From the NCBI GenBank assembly GCA_038279365.1, contig JAYODI010000032.1, positions 13,915-55,010 on the forward strand: DNA of 41,096 nt, written 5' to 3'. Below, piece after piece: positions 1 through 8,402 of the stretch (positions within the stretch are counted from its first letter, which is position 1; the number at the start of each line of letters is the position of its first letter). The translations under genes were made by a program, and so were the position numbers. Under the pieces are notes generated by a model that saw only the letters and a list, made by a program, of their open reading frames with translations, was not told the DNA's origin and did not search any database. This DNA is from Candidatus Latescibacterota bacterium. GTDB taxonomy: Bacteria > Latescibacterota > UBA2968.

Positions 1-1
1 C

Positions 2-3000
2 TGTGACGGCGGTGAGTTTGACGGCAAAGTGGATTGCTGTTTTGGGTTTTGTGAGGTCAAAGAACCACATGGCTCTGTCGTCTCGCAAATCGACATACGC
101 TTCTTGGCCCAATTTGAGGCGCGTGAGCCATTGCGGGAGGTTTTCATTTGAAAGACGGGTGTTGTCAATTTCCCACCCTGCCGGTAAGACATGTAAGAGG
201 GCCACATTTTTGATGGGCGCATTGGATGTGTTTCTCACCTGCAGGTGCGCCCAAAAATTGGTGCCTTGTTTTAGGGTGTCGGGTGAAATGGGCATGCCAT
301 CTGTGTTGTGATAGGTGACGGACAAATAGAGGTTGTCCGATTGGGCAGGTTGGTTGGCTTCCAATGGCAGACCTGACCATTCGATGGTGGCAAAAGCGCG
401 GGTTGCGGTGGTGTTTGTGTTGAGGTGAACCGTCAGATTTTGGCCAAAGCCTTCTTCAATGTCGAGGGCATAAATGGGGTTTGTGGTGTCAAGGCTTAAG
501 GTGTCGCGGTTGGGTAAGGTGAGGGTTCCCGATAGGCGCACGGGTTGGTTGTTGGGGCCTTCGTGGGCGCGAAGATATTTGCCAAGGGCCAAGAGTGCAA
601 AGCCTGTGGTTTGGGTCGAATACCAGGTGTCGGTGCTAAGGGCTTGTGCCATTTCTTCGGCAATGGGGTCGGCCAATTGCCAGCGTTTGAGCTCGGTGAG
701 TGTGGTGAGAATAATGGCGCGGTCTCGCAGTGAAGACCCATAGGTGTCTTCGGTGATGGGATCGCTGTCGGTGGAGGTGCCCACACCCGTGAGCAGATCA
801 TTGGTGGTGCGGTCTGCACCGGCGTGGTGATATGCCGAGGCCAAGAGCCATTTTTCGGCGGTGGTCATGTCGGTGAGGTTGTTTTCTTTGAGCAGGTTCA
901 TGGGGCCTAAGGCCGCTTGCGGGGTGCGTGATAACAAGTAGACGCGGTAGGTTCTCGACAAGAGGTTGTCACGTGTGGTGAGGGCGCGTGATTGTTGGTG
1001 TTGCAACCAGTCATTTATAAGGTCTTCGGGCACATGATAGCCTAACGCGCGTGCTTCAATGAGAAAATGCCCTGCATAGAGACTGCCCCAAACCGAGGGG
1101 TTGGATTGCCCTGGCCAATAGCTAAAGTCACCGGAGGGCAGTTTAAATTTGCGCAAGCGTTGAATGGCCGCATTGATGTGGGCGTCTATGTCGCGTTCAA
1201 CTTGTGCGGGTTTGGTTGTGCTTTTGAGCATGTCTTTGAGATAGAGCTGGGGGAATGCCGACGACACGGTTTGCTCCAGGCACCCGTAAGGATATTGTAC
1301 AAGCCAAAGCAGGCGGTTGGAAAAAGAGAAATTGGGGCGTGTGTGTAAGGTAAATTTGGCGCGGTTGGAGCCCAATATGCCTTGGTCAGGAATCGAGAGC
1401 GAGAGGGTTTGCCCTGGGGTGATGTTTTGGGTGGTTGTGGTGGTGATGCGCGGTGATGAGGGTCTTACCTCAAGGTTGGTGGTTTGTGTAGTGGTAAGGG
1501 TGTTTGTTTTGGCGGTGAGGGTGATGCGTGCCGAGCCAATGGCTTTTTGGGCTGTGGCTGCGAAGGTGATGTCTTGTTCTCCGGCACTTTCAAAGGTGAC
1601 GGTTTGTGTGGTCGCACCTGTTGCGTCTAAAAAGCCTTCGGTTGTGAGGGTGACTTCAACAGGGCCAAGGCTGTCGGCCATAGCAAAAACAGTCACGGGA
1701 ATGGCGATGCTGTCGCCAGGGCCCAATACCCGAGGCAGCGTGGGCAAGATCATGAGGTCGGTTTTGACGGGTACGGTTTTGTCTGCGTGGCCATAGGCAT
1801 TGCCACGGGCTGCTACGGCCATGATGCGCACGGAGCCGACATAGTCGGGCATATCGAATAAGACGCGGGCGTTGCCTTTGTCATCCGTTGTGATGGGGCC
1901 TTTAAAGAGCGAGACAGCTTTAAAGCGTCGCTTTTGTTCGGTATCGAGTTGGTCTTGTCTGTAAGCGGCCATGAGGTCACCCCCAATGGCAAAGGTTTTA
2001 AATATGTCGCCAGCGTTGACGCCTATGACTTGTGCAAAGAGGTCACATATTTCAACACTGAGCCGGCGTTTGTTAAAGAAGGATTGGTGGGGGGCGGGTG
2101 TGGCAAAACGGGTGATGTCGAGCAACCCCTCGTCTACCACAGCAAGTGTAAATTGAGCGGGTTTTTGGTCGGTGGTTTGGATGGAGATTTCAAAGGGTTC
2201 ATTGGGTTTGAGTGCGTTGGGTGCGCTGAGGATGATGTTGAGATGTGTTTGTGGATCAGACACAGAGATGGGCACCACGCCATACATGCGCAAGGGGCGG
2301 TCGTTTAGGGTTTGGTTGTGAGGCTGTATGACGGAGACCGAGACATAGCTGTTTGGAGCCATATCAGAGGTGATGGGAATGTCTATTGTGGCGATGTTTT
2401 GTGTATGGGATGGGTGCCAATATGATTTGATGATGTGACCCGCGCGTGAGAGGGTGACCAGCACGGAGGCAGTGTCTGGTACGGGGAATGTGATGTGGGC
2501 CGTTTCTCCTGGCACATAGGTGTCGCGATCCGTTTTTAGCACAAGTGCATCGGCATCATCACCACCTGAGGGCACTTGCCCCCAGGGCGAAGCTTGAATA
2601 AATTGCGAGGCGATGTGGCCCTCGGCGTCTTCTATTTCAATGAGGTATTCTCCACGATCTTCGGGTATAAATGTAAACGAGATGGGGCGGTCTTGTGAGA
2701 TGAGTGTGGTTTCAATTAAGCGTTGGGTGCTGCGGTCTTGTTTAAAGCGCAAACGAAATTGATCGCGTGCATCATATTCCCACCACCAGTGTGTGCTGTT
2801 GCGATACACACGGCAAGTCAGGTTGCGCCCAGGGCTCAATGTGCCTTGAGGGGTGATGGCAACAAACGGTATGTCAACAGGGGAGCCTGTGGGGGCAAAG
2901 CCATAGTCGAAATCTGGTTTTTTGATGCCCACATAAACGGGAAAGGGGTCAATAGATAGGGATCGTACGGTGGTGTTGGGACGCCCACCTTTTTCCAATA

Positions 3001-5398
3001 CGCGTGCGGTGAGTGTGGCGATGAGTGCCGAAGGGGCTTCGGCAAAAGATGGAAGGGACCAAGCGATGTTGGCGCTGCCATTGTCATCCAAATTTTTGTT
3101 GAATATCTGAGTGCTGATAGGGGTAAAGGGGCGGGTTTGATCGGTAAATACAAAGTTCTTGAGTGTTGGAAATGTGGGTGGATTGCTGCGAATGGCCACG
3201 TTGACATCGGCGCGTAGGTTTGAAGCTGGGTTGCCAAAGAGATAGGTGCTGTTGAGGCCAGTTTTAAGGGTTCGGTCTGTAGATGATAGGTGCGTTTTTT
3301 CTGGTTCGAGCATGACTTTAAGGCGAAAGGGTACAACGGTTTCAATTTTGAGTGGGTGGTGAAAGGTTTTGCTTCCCACTTTGATTTCTGTGCGCCAATT
3401 GCCCGTGGGGGCATCGGGTGCGGTCGATAGTGCAAAGGTATAAAAGCCGTCTTTGCCATTGCGCTGGGTTTCAGTGTGCACGGTTTGCCCTAATGGGTTG
3501 ATCAGTTTGAGTTCTATGGGATGTGCATCGGGGAAAGTAGTTGTGTGGTTGCGCACAATGGCAGATAAATGGATGTCATCACCGGGGCGATAGACACCGC
3601 GTTCAGTATAAAAAAAGGCGCGAATATCGTTGGGTGCCGATGCTTTCCCCCCAGTGTCAAATGTGGAGAGGTTCCACGCCATGGCATTGGGTTTGACCAT
3701 GCTGCGTTGGTTGTCTTTTTCGGCTTCTATATAAAAGACATCTTGATCGATGTTGGCAAATGTGGCTTGGCCATTTTGGTCGGTGGTTTTTGTGGCAATG
3801 ATTTGGTTTTGATAGGTGCGCAAGGTGATGCTCACATTGGGCAGTGGGCGTGCATCCTGAATGTGTGTGGCATATACAATGTGTTGGTCAAAGGCTTTAA
3901 AATGGGTGAGGCCAATGTCGCTCACGATGAGGGGTTTAAAGATGCGGGCGTGTTGGTATATGTAGCCTGGTGAATATGGATGGTTGTAAAAATCGGAGCC
4001 GCGATAGCGTTGGCGTTGTTGGCGGGCGGTTCCGGCTTCGGTGGGGTCGCCATAGAGCATATCTTTTTGCTCAAATTGCAAGCCTATGAGAAAGAGACCT
4101 TTTTGATCTTTGGTAATGAGTTGGTCCAAGTCCAGTTCGTTTTGTCGCCAAATATTGCGCTCAGGGCCAATGGTTAAGACGGTGTCAACAACATCTACGC
4201 CGACGCGTCTGACAAAATATTCATGGAAGTTGTTGCGTCTGGTGCGGGGGCCATCGAGTTGTTGTTCTTGTAAAAAATGCCCGAGGTTCGATTCGAATAC
4301 TTTTTGGATTTTGAGCGTGACTTGGGAGACATTCACAGTTTGAAACCGAATTTTTCTATTTCCAGATGATGGCAAGAATACGCCGTCTTGTGAAAAACGC
4401 ATTTGGGGTTTGATGTCGTCAAAAGCGATGGTCGCGGTGTGTATCTGTGATAAGATACTGCCCCAACGACTGCGTATACCAGGGTGCACGGTGAGGGCAT
4501 AGGTGTGACCATTTTCAAAATTGCCCGTTAAGGTGATGGTGTTGCCCAGTTTTTGGACCTGTAGGTTTTGGGTGGGCTCAACGGTGATGAGACCCGTGAT
4601 GTCTTGGTTGGCATCTAACGCATCAGAAAATATGATGCTGATGTTGGGGGCATCACTGGTGTGTTCAATATTGACAATGCCCAACTGTGATAATGGCAGC
4701 AAATCCCAGGTATTTTGATAGGTGCGTGAAAGTTCCAGGCGGTTGTGGTCTATAACGAGGGTTGTTGTTTGGGTTTGGGCTGTGCGTGATATGGGCAAGC
4801 TTTTGAATGTGAATGTTTTGAAATTGGGGTGTGCTTGCCATTGCAGCGAATGTCTTTGGTTATCTAAGCGGTATGTTGTGGCATTGATAAGGGTTTGCAA
4901 ATCGGTGGGTGCATTAAAGTTGATTTGTCCTTCAAATATGATGCTGTTGGGGGTGTTGGGGTCGGGCAGTTGAAAGTCTGCCGTTATGGCAACGATTTCA
5001 CGACCAGCAACTTCTATTTGGATATCAAGTGGTTGTAGGTTAGGGTGTATGGGGAACAAGGCCGCCATGTTGAGTTGCCCACGATAGGTGGTGCGAAAGG
5101 CAAGTGGGGCGTTGGGGTGAAACGTGAGTGTGCGCATATCCTGCCAGGTTGCCAAACCTGTGATGGTGGGGGTAAATGTGAAGACGTCACTTTGAAGGGT
5201 TTGCCCAATTTGATTTTGTGTGACCATAGAATTTACAAATCTCACGGTGATGGGATCTGTTGATGCTTGGGTACCACTGCTTACATGACTCACCAATTGA
5301 GCTGTTTCGGTGGTGTAAACGGGGGGCGTTTTTTCTGTCGGTTGTTTAGAACACGCAAAAAATATTAAAAGAACAAAAAAAGGAATTAGGCGTACCAT
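2..5398 (-). CDS. yfhM: Bacterial alpha-2-macroglobulin family lipoprotein (MG2/A2M domains, thioester-containing); about 1799 aa visible, 3' end outside the window
   Basis: Translated by hand. ATG at 5398 follows an AAGGAA RBS. N-terminus MVRLIPFFVLLIFFAC is a lipoprotein signal. In-frame YPYGCLEQTVS thioester motif (CLEQ at 1271-1282) and C-terminal DLRDDRAMWFFDL near the left edge. Absence from the ORF track fits a frame with no stop inside the window. Symbol given by analogy with E. coli YfhM. Confidence 0.93.
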   Translation of the reverse strand, partial: MVRLIPFFVLLIFFACSKQPTEKTPPVYTTETAQLVSHVSSGTQASTDPITVRFVNSMVTQNQIGQTLQSDVFTFTPTITGLATWQDMRTLTFHPNAPLAFRTTYRGQLNMAALFPIHPNLQPLDIQIEVAGREIVAITADFQLPDPNTPNSIIFEGQINFNAPTDLQTLINATTYRLDNQRHSLQWQAHPNFKTFTFKSLPISRTAQTQTTTLVIDHNRLELSRTYQNTWDLLPLSQLGIVNIEHTSDAPNISIIFSDALDANQDITGLITVEPTQNLQVQKLGNTITLTGNFENGHTYALTVHPGIRSRWGSILSQIHTATIAFDDIKPQMRFSQDGVFLPSSGNRKIRFQTVNVSQVTLKIQKVFESNLGHFLQEQQLDGPRTRRNNFHEYFVRRVGVDVVDTVLTIGPERNIWRQNELDLDQLITKDQKGLFLIGLQFEQKDMLYGDPTEAGTARQQRQRYRGSDFYNHPYSPGYIYQHARIFKPLIVSDIGLTHFKAFDQHIVYATHIQDARPLPNVSITLRTYQNQIIATKTTDQNGQATFANIDQDVFYIEAEKDNQRSMVKPNAMAWNLSTFDTGGKASAPNDIRAFFYTERGVYRPGDDIHLSAIVRNHTTTFPDAHPIELKLINPLGQTVHTETQRNGKDGFYTFALSTAPDAPTGNWRTEIKVGSKTFHHPLKIETVVPFRLKVMLEPEKTHLSSTDRTLKTGLNSTYLFGNPASNLRADVNVAIRSNPPTFPTLKNFVFTDQTRPFTPISTQIFNKNLDDNGSANIAWSLPSFAEAPSALIATLTARVLEKGGRPNTTVRSLSIDPFPVYVGIKKPDFDYGFAPTGSPVDIPFVAITPQGTLSPGRNLTCRVYRNSTHWWWEYDARDQFRLRFKQDRSTQRLIETTLISQDRPISFTFIPEDRGEYLIEIEDAEGHIASQFIQASPWGQVPSGGDDADALVLKTDRDTYVPGETAHITFPVPDTASVLVTLSRAGHIIKSYWHPSHTQNIATIDIPITSDMAPNSYVSVSVIQPHNQTLNDRPLRMYGVVPISVSDPQTHLNIILSAPNALKPNEPFEISIQTTDQKPAQFTLAVVDEGLLDITRFATPAPHQSFFNKRRLSVEICDLFAQVIGVNAGDIFKTFAIGGDLMAAYRQDQLDTEQKRRFKAVSLFKGPITTDDKGNARVLFDMPDYVGSVRIMAVAARGNAYGHADKTVPVKTDLMILPTLPRVLGPGDSIAIPVTVFAMADSLGPVEVTLTTEGFLDATGATTQTVTFESAGEQDITFAATAQKAIGSARITLTAKTNTLTTTQTTNLEVRPSSPRITTTTTQNITPGQTLSLSIPDQGILGSNRAKFTLHTRPNFSFSNRLLWLVQYPYGCLEQTVSSAFPQLYLKDMLKSTTKPAQVERDIDAHINAAIQRLRKFKLPSGDFSYWPGQSNPSVWGSLYAGHFLIEARALGYHVPEDLINDWLQHQQSRALTTRDNLLSRTYRVYLLSRTPQAALGPMNLLKENNLTDMTTAEKWLLASAYHHAGADRTTNDLLTGVGTSTDSDPITEDTYGSSLRDRAIILTTLTELKRWQLADPIAEEMAQALSTDTWYSTQTTGFALLALGKYLRAHEGPNNQPVRLSGTLTLPNRDTLSLDTTNPIYALDIEEGFGQNLTVHLNTNTTATRAFATIEWSGLPLEANQPAQSDNLYLSVTYHNTDGMPISPDTLKQGTNFWAHLQVRNTSNAPIKNVALLHVLPAGWEIDNTRLSNENLPQWLTRLKLGQEAYVDLRDDRAMWFFDLTKPKTAIHFAVKLTAVT

Positions 5399-5662
5399 GA
5401 CGTATTCCTTGTTAGGGATTGTTGTTTGGTGAAAAACACGAATCTATGAAGAATGCAATATTGAATGATTTTGTTTCTGTATATGGCGTTGGGGATGTTG
5501 AGTAACATCTCCGCAGTTTTGCAATTCGTGAAAGCAATCGTAATTCTTCTTATGTACCTCACGAAACATTATGACATTATAAAAATGGAAAACTGCCAAA
5601 CACATTTGATGTTTTTTATACGCGATTTTGTGGTGTTGCTTTTTTTACCTGTACTGTTTTTC

Positions 5663-5805
5663 GTGTAACGTCTGCCATTTAATGACGAGGGTGTGGCATT
5701 ATCGAGTAAGATAATAGGTAAATTTGCAATCAAAAGATGAAATCAGATGCCACACCCTTGTGTGGTGGTTGGGTATGGAAGGGTGCGGCAATGGACTTGT
5801 TATGG
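5663..5805 (-). repeat. attC-like recombination site (site A, 143 bp)
   Basis: Minus strand reads CCATAAC-AAGT-CCATT ... AATGG-CAGAC-GTTACAC, with an internal 12-bp stem AGGGTGTGGCAT/ATGCCACACCCT. Shares taacgtc, gacgag, gagtaa, cttgtg and ggtggttg with site C. Confidence 0.6.
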
Positions 5806-5858
5806 GTTGCCAGTCCCATTAGAGGCGAAGCCAATAGAAGAAAATCTATAAAACGCGT

Positions 5859-5883
5859 CCCATTGCCCTTTTGGGGCAATGGG
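5859..5883 (-). terminator. Hairpin, probable terminator of the DUF4258/YgiT operon
   Basis: Perfect 10-bp stem CCCATTGCCC-TTTTG-GGGCAATGGG, 17 nt downstream of the YgiT-type stop. The U-tract is weak. Confidence 0.5.
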
Positions 5884-5900
5884 AAATCTATTCACAAGGC

Positions 5901-6146
5901 CTAACGCGTTACTTGAAACGCCCGACCAACAGGTTGGAAATCTGAAATTTCTTCTCGCTCCAATTTTGATCTGATCTCTTCAAATCGCTTGATAACTTCA
6001 GGCGCATACAAACGTTCTCCGCAATGGAGACATACTTCTGCTTGAACGGTCAAGATTGCGGTATGATTCCCACCTCGCAAAATCTTCTCGACCTGTTTCT
6101 CGGCAAGTTCGCCACCACATATGGGACATTTATCAAATGGTTTCAT
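5901..6146 (-). CDS. YgiT-type zinc-finger protein (MqsA N-terminal-like), putative antitoxin
   Basis: 81 aa with CPICGG and CLHCGE motifs. Start overlaps the upstream stop (ATGA at 6143-6146). GAGGAG RBS. Confidence 0.88.
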   Translation of the reverse strand: MKPFDKCPICGGELAEKQVEKILRGGNHTAILTVQAEVCLHCGERLYAPEVIKRFEEIRSKLEREEISDFQPVGRAFQVTR

Positions 6147-6460
6147 GTATCTTTTCTCCTCTCACGCCAATTTATCCAACGGGTTGGATCTGGACGATAA
6201 ACTGTGATCAAGACAGCCCAACCATTCTCCTCATTATAAGCTCAAACGCTGTGTATCGGTAATCCTTCTTCATTTGAACCATATATCAAGCAACTGGGGT
6301 AAGGTCTATCTGTTGGATAATACTCAATGACTTCACCGTGGCGTACGGATTCAAATATTTCATCGAATTTTAATCTGTCGGCTTGAGCTTCTTCATCAGC
6401 ATGATCAGTAATACGGTAGTGTAGAGCATCTATTGCTCGGATAATATTCTGAATATCCAT
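6143..6460 (-). pseudogene. DUF4258-domain putative toxin interrupted by an in-frame TGA at codon 73
   Basis: Reads ...ITDHADEEAQAD...GEVIEYYPTDRPYPSCLIYG...PIHSV*AYNEENGWAVLITVYRPDPTRWINWRERRKDT*. The family-typical C-terminus (LITVYRPDP..W) continues in frame after the TGA at 6242-6244 and ends coupled to the YgiT start. Confidence 0.85.
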
Positions 6461-6509
6461 TCAGCAGCCTTAATTTGGCAGTTGGAAAAGCGATTAATAT
6501 CCAACCCAA

Positions 6510-6645
6510 ATATAACCCATTTTTAGATTTATTCAATTCGGCATTGCATAGAGCTATGAGTGTTTTAGGGAGATGCTCAATCGTAAGGGCTACTTTGGTT
6601 TTTCCGCGTGATTGGTTTTCTTGTTCCGCATGCCGTGTGTTATGT
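6510..6645 (-). repeat. Degenerate attC-like site (site D)
   Basis: Minus strand reads ACATAAC-ACA-CGGCATGC ... GCAATGCCG, a bulged stem (6628-6635 / 6539-6547), then GTTATAT at 6510-6516. The spacing to the GTT is too long, so the site looks decayed or chimeric. Confidence 0.4.
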
Positions 6646-6734
6646 GGCGTTGGCGTTCTTTTAGTCCAAGAGATCAAGAGCATGCCTTAGGGCGGGGACT
6701 CTCAATTTTCTGTTTTTTGATTTATGCGTTGTAA

Positions 6735-7079
6735 TCAGGCTGTTTGTTTCACCCTTTTATTGTGAGGAGAAAGTTTAACCTCGATATTGAAATTCAGTTT
6801 GTCCTGGAGAACAGAAAAAATACTTGTAAGGTTATCCATCGTGGGATTGCCCTTGAGAGATAACATACGGTGAACGCTCTTGCTTGATTTATCCAACTTT
6901 TCAGCTAAGAGTTCAAACCCAATCGTTGAATTCACCAATTCTCTAAGTATCAAACGAGCCGTTTCAGGTTCACCATTTAGGAAACAGGAAACCGCTTCAT
7001 TCATTAGTGCGGTAGCAAAATTGGGATCTTTTTCTGCTCGTTCTCTAATTGTTTGTTTGTAGTCGCGTGTTAGTGCCAT
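6735..7079 (-). CDS. Addiction-module antidote protein / HTH transcriptional regulator (antitoxin), 114 aa
   Basis: MALTRDYKQTIRERAEKDPNFATAL...LILRELVNSTIGFELLAE...KSVHRMLSLKGNPTMDNL (HTH ending in GNPT). Start reassigned from 7187 to ATG 7079, which follows an AGGAG RBS and lies 1 nt after the toxin stop. Confidence 0.87.
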   Translation of the reverse strand: MALTRDYKQTIRERAEKDPNFATALMNEAVSCFLNGEPETARLILRELVNSTIGFELLAEKLDKSSKSVHRMLSLKGNPTMDNLTSIFSVLQDKLNFNIEVKLSPHNKRVKQTA

Positions 7080-7080
7080 T

Positions 7081-7392
7081 TCATCTCCTACGTCTGTATT
7101 CTTGCAGAAGTTCTTTCGCTCGATTGATATCTCTCTGTTGTTGTCTTTTTGTGCCACCACCAAGCAAAACGATGAGTTTCTCGCCATCTTGCAATAGATA
7201 GATTCGGTATCCTGGTCCCCAATCTATGATGTATTCTCCAAGGCCAGAAAACCACTTGATATTTGAAGTGTTTCCCTGTTCTATTCGGGCCAAAGCTACG
7301 GACACTTTGGCAGCGGCTTGGACATTCAGCTTGTTGAACCATACCTTAAATGGGCTCGAGCCATCTGCCCGAATATATTCAGTGATTTTCAT
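7081..7392 (-). CDS. RelE/ParE-superfamily toxin (addiction-module killer protein)
   Basis: 103 aa: YIRADGSSPFKVWFNKL...RIEQGN...GLGEYIIDWGPGYRIY...LLGGGTKRQQQRDI. Toxin-first gene order. Confidence 0.9.
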   Translation of the reverse strand: MKITEYIRADGSSPFKVWFNKLNVQAAAKVSVALARIEQGNTSNIKWFSGLGEYIIDWGPGYRIYLLQDGEKLIVLLGGGTKRQQQRDINRAKELLQEYRRRR

Positions 7393-7428
7393 TTTAAAAT
7401 GGTAACATAAATGTTACTTATTGTCAAT
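7393..7428 (-). promoter_or_regulatory. Sigma70 promoter with overlapping palindromic operator; probably a leaderless transcript
   Basis: TTGACA (7423-7428), 18-nt spacer, extended TGnTACCAT (-10 at 7399-7404). ATG only 6 nt downstream with no RBS. Perfect palindrome GTAACAT-AA-ATGTTAC at 7402-7417. Confidence 0.75.
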
Positions 7429-7509
7429 GGCGAAAATTGATCAATATAGCTCGTGAGGGTTTTGTTTTTCCCCATTATGTTTTTTAGTTTGGGTCAAAAC
7501 TGTTATGGC

Positions 7510-7602
7510 GTGTAACGTCGGCAACTCCCGAACCTGACCGGGGAACGAGGGAAGGTTTGGGCGGGTTGGGTTTTGGTGGGGTGCGGGAGTTGCATGTTAA
7601 AT
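7510..7602 (-). repeat. attC-like recombination site (site B, 93 bp)
   Basis: Minus strand reads ATTTAAC-AT-GCAACTCCCG ... CGGGAGTTGC-CGAC-GTTACAC, a perfect 10-bp stem. Confidence 0.7.
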
Positions 7603-7671
7603 GCTGGCGACACAATCACGGCGAAGCCAATCAGCAAGTGCCCTTGTGCGCGTCCCTTACATATCGTTGTT

Positions 7672-7959
7672 TTAGATTGTTACTTCAAGTGGTTCTATCG
7701 TTTTATTAGGACGCTTGCGAGCCAGATCGTGGTTCGCTTGTAAGTTAAGCCAGAATTGAGGTGTTGTTCCAAAAGCTTGAGCAAATAACCAAGCCGTTTC
7801 AGAAGTTATTCCTCGCTTTCCTTTAACGATCTCGTTGATGCGTTGAATCGGGACACCGATATGTTTGGAAAACGCAATTTGGGTAAGGTTCATCGGTTGT
7901 AAAAATTCTTCAAGCAGAATAACACCGGGATGCGTAGGAATACGATTTTCTGGTAGCAT
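7672..7959 (-). CDS. higA: HigA-family antitoxin (Xre HTH)
   Basis: PTHPGVILLEEFLQPM...QRINEIVKGKRGITSETAWLFAQAFGTTPQFWLNLQ, the canonical HigA/VapI pattern. Confidence 0.93.
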   Translation of the reverse strand: MLPENRIPTHPGVILLEEFLQPMNLTQIAFSKHIGVPIQRINEIVKGKRGITSETAWLFAQAFGTTPQFWLNLQANHDLARKRPNKTIEPLEVTI

Positions 7960-7979
7960 ATTGAGTCCAGTCTTTATGG

Positions 7980-8270
7980 TTAATGGTAATCAACTAAAGA
8001 AACGTGTGTAGCACTACTATCTGACCAACGGAAAATAATCCGCCATTGATTGTTGACTCGAATACTGTAAAAGCCATTGAGATCACCTTTTAAAGTTTCA
8101 AGTCGATTACTGGGTGGTTCTCTTAAATCTTGAATTTTGTGTGCCGCATTGAGTACATCCAATTTGTTTAATGCTGCATTAAGAATTTGGGTGGGTAACC
8201 GACGAACACGATTTGTATTTCTGCCATGGAATAGATCTTCTGTCGCACGATCACCAAAGGATTCGATCAT
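7980..8270 (-). CDS. higB: HigB-family toxin (plasmid-maintenance killer, RelE-like)
   Basis: MIESFGDRATEDLF...PPSNRLETLKGDLNGFYSIRVNNQWRIIFRW...VDYH. The C-terminal DYH is a HigB signature. Confidence 0.93.
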   Translation of the reverse strand: MIESFGDRATEDLFHGRNTNRVRRLPTQILNAALNKLDVLNAAHKIQDLREPPSNRLETLKGDLNGFYSIRVNNQWRIIFRWSDSSATHVSLVDYH

Positions 8271-8296
8271 AAGATACTTTCACTGAAATTATCGAA

Positions 8297-8343
8297 TTAA
8301 CGGTATTCGTGTAAATTATACTGAAAACTGAGATACACTGCAA
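8297..8343 (-). promoter_or_regulatory. Sigma70 promoter of higBA with putative HigA operator
   Basis: TTGCAG (8338-8343), 17-nt spacer, TATAAT (8315-8320). Imperfect palindrome TTAACG-GTATT-CGTGTAA at 8297-8314 covers the expected start site. Confidence 0.72.
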
Positions 8344-8402
8344 GATAGTTTTTAGGTTTTATGGTGTCGATTTTACGCGCTAATTACTGTTTTGTCGCTT
8401 GC

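Noticed and set aside
3..5263. Many short ORFs listed in the track, including 1317-1796 (+) and 2836-3459 (-)
   Set aside because: They are antisense or off-frame shadows of the single A2M gene.
5465..5668. 67-aa hydrophobic ORF as a possible type I toxin or membrane peptide
   Set aside because: No RBS. The hydrophobicity is explained by T-rich intergenic sequence, and it overlaps the likely A2M promoter region.
5899..5912. GTTAGGC core consensus overlapping the YgiT stop (TAACGCGTTAGGC on the minus strand)
   Set aside because: No L boxes or stem, and a 7-bp match is expected by chance.
6242..6244. Genome-wide TGA reassignment (genetic code 4 or 25)
   Set aside because: Many genes here end at TGA at their expected C-termini, some coupled to the next start, and Trp is encoded by TGG in the same gene.
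6405..6690. 92-aa (-) and 71-aa (+) ORFs between TA modules
   Set aside because: They run through the attC-like hairpin, with no RBS or recognisable motif.
7080..7187. 36-aa N-terminal extension of the antitoxin in the track
   Set aside because: It overlaps the toxin gene. ATG 7079 has an RBS and a family-typical start.
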